Source: Octopus sinensis (taxonomy: Eukaryota). Taken from it: 64,000 bases of DNA. Each line of letters begins with the position of its first letter. The stretch's first letter is position 1. The stretch covers positions 47,244,001 through 47,308,000 of the forward strand of contig NC_043010.1 of assembly GCF_006345805.1 (NCBI RefSeq). The letters run 5' to 3'. This document shows positions 61,895 to 64,000 of the stretch, in pieces. The position numbers and the translations under genes were made by a program. The notes under the pieces are model-generated. The model worked only from the letters and a program-made list of their open reading frames with translations, had not been told where the DNA came from and ran no database searches.

Positions 61895-64000
61895 TCCGTT
61901 CTTCACTCTGCTTTAAACACGCTGCTATTCTTGATGTTGTAATTTCAATGCTTATGCTGCACAGAACAATGAGCTGAGCAGTGAGTGGCATGGCATTGCC
62001 AAGAAGGGCTGCACTAATGTTTTATCAGAGGATACCTATCTGCCACCATGAGAGGTTTTATGAAAAGAAACCTCTTGTCGTCGCTGCTGGCACTAACTGC
62101 TAAGAACTGACCACCACCACTAACAATAACAACGTGGAAGAAACAAACAGTGAACTGAGTTTAGGCTAAATATATCATAAGAACAATTACAGAAGATTCT
62201 TAATTACCTGGTGAAACGAAATTACATTAGGTTACTTAAGTTAATATAACCAAGCACAACCATGTTTTAGTTCAAGGTTTTCTTTCAATCAGACATAGTT
62301 ACTTAGTAATAACGTTCTATAAGTGTGTGCCTGTGTGTCTGAAGAAAAGGCCACAAAAAAATCACCAACTGTGTATTGAAGAATGCAACAAAAAAAAAAA
62401 AGAAGTAAAAAAAAAAGGAAAACAGAAGAAAAAAACACATAAGGAAGGGGAAATATGAACTGCAGAAGTTACAACAGGAATTTAAATATCTCTACTTATC
62501 TATTTATTTGTGTGTGTGCGCGCGCGTGTGATTTATATTATCACATGGAATGAAGGAAAAGTAAATATTACAAGAATTTTTAATATTCAATGAATAGGTC
62601 TGTTTTTAATTTTTTTAAAAATGCTTTAGGTAAGTGGTATGACAGTTTTTAACTATTTTAACTGAAGTACTGAAAAGTATTTTTAATGATGTTTTTCACT
62701 TCACAGACACATTAATCACTGAGAAATTTTATATAAATTCATATTAATTATAAATGCACAAGTACATAAGTTACAGTTCAAAGATCTGTTACTGTTTTCT
62801 GTTCAACTTGCACACATACATGCTTAAATAAACATGCCCCCCCACACACACACACAGGAATACACACATAAGCAATTAAAACAATTTATATTTGTTTTTC
62901 CACATTATATATTTGAAATTTATGTAAAGGAATGTTAATTTTAAAGAGAAATGTGATGTTGAAAAATGTTATATATATTGCATACTTTTTTACTTGAAAA
63001 AAAATTTTTTTTTTTTAGATCCTTCTTTTAAGCAATAACTATTTCATATGATTGAGAATTTAGCTATAAATTTATGGAAAATTATATTTCAAACAAATCA
63101 CCGTCTTATTGTTAATTACTTTGTCATTTACTGTTAAATACTTTGTCATGAGTTTAGTATTGGTTGTTAAGCAATTTCTTGTCATTTGCATCCAAGGCAG
63201 CTTTAATCAAGCAGACCTATGATCAAAGACATCCAAATCATGACCATCATAACAATGAATAATGTGACTTCAACTATACTATCCAATCTGACATTTCAAG
63301 ATCGTAAATATGACTTGAAGAATTTAGCTGCCATTTCTAGCAGACGGACACTTCCTTATCTCATAGCTGTTTTTCAACAAGGTGACTTATTCAAAGATAT
63401 GAATAAGGGAGCCTCATATAGTCACTAAACCTGTTAGATATCTCTCTCAAATAACACAGACCTTATTGCCCTAACCCTTTACCTGTCTGAAATATTTTCA
63501 TAAGTCTATCATAAACATTTATGCTTCTTTTCAGACTTTTAGTTAGCCTTTGTTTCATATATTCTGAATAATATAAAGTTTTCTTTTAATAAGTCCCAAG
63601 TTGCTCTGGTGGTTGAAAAGAATTGGGAATGTGCATCACAGATGATGCATGGATGTTCGGGAAATATGTCCTGTGTGTCACAAGTGGTACACGAGACAGA
63701 CAAAAGGTTAAAACAGGAAGGATACACTGGATGATAATGGCTTGTGTGCACAGTGCCTAGAAAAAGATGGAATGGTCACAACTGGAATGTCTTTTATCAT
63801 CAGGACTGACGTGAATCTAAACAACAAAAACAACCACCTAAGGCTATGCATGCAGTAGGACTAGAACTCACTGTAACCTAGGAAACCTTACCATAATAAC
63901 ATAACTATTTATTGTTGTCTTTTACACAAAACAGTGATGTTGTTATTGTTATCGATGTCATTTCAAGTCCACTTTTCTATGCTTGGGTAAAACAGAATTT

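Noticed and set aside
62042-62110. Perfect Kozak GCCACCATG on the plus strand opening MRGFMKRNLLSSLLALTAKN*
   Set aside because: Only 20 codons, with no donor site and no downstream exons. One such 9-mer in 128 kb of strand sequence is not surprising.

Overview
AT-rich, repeat-dense animal genomic DNA. It is very probably an octopus: I recognise the SINE families and microsatellite load from memory, not from a search. One host gene can be supported: the 5' part of exocyst complex component 6 (EXOC6/Sec15) on the minus strand. I reconstructed seven GT-AG, phase-compatible coding exons by hand (43350-43515, 14169-14307, 6290-6335, 5435-5639, 4067-4201, 1855-1923, 429-512; 844 nt, about 281 codons). 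The gene continues past the window start. A canonical first exon was not found; there is only an uncertain candidate at 61803-61894. The introns (one is 29 kb) are filled with tRNA-derived SINEs, RTE-type LINE tails, decayed Tx1/L1, CR1-like, CRE-like and Penelope-like retroelements, two mariner remnants (one full length with TIRs and TA duplication), hAT-, Merlin- and Helentron-type non-autonomous elements, and microsatellites. The most unusual items are: (1) a ~1.4-kb island of about 15% GC with CpG excess and a gene-like patchwork, which looks foreign (protist or ciliate-like); (2) a ~360-bp multi-branched foldback at 55.8-56.2 kb; (3) two independent insertions of one SINE family into the same site of another; (4) several long hairpins and inverted repeat pairs that could form dsRNA in the pre-mRNA. 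Repeat boundaries are approximate, and all counts were made by hand.
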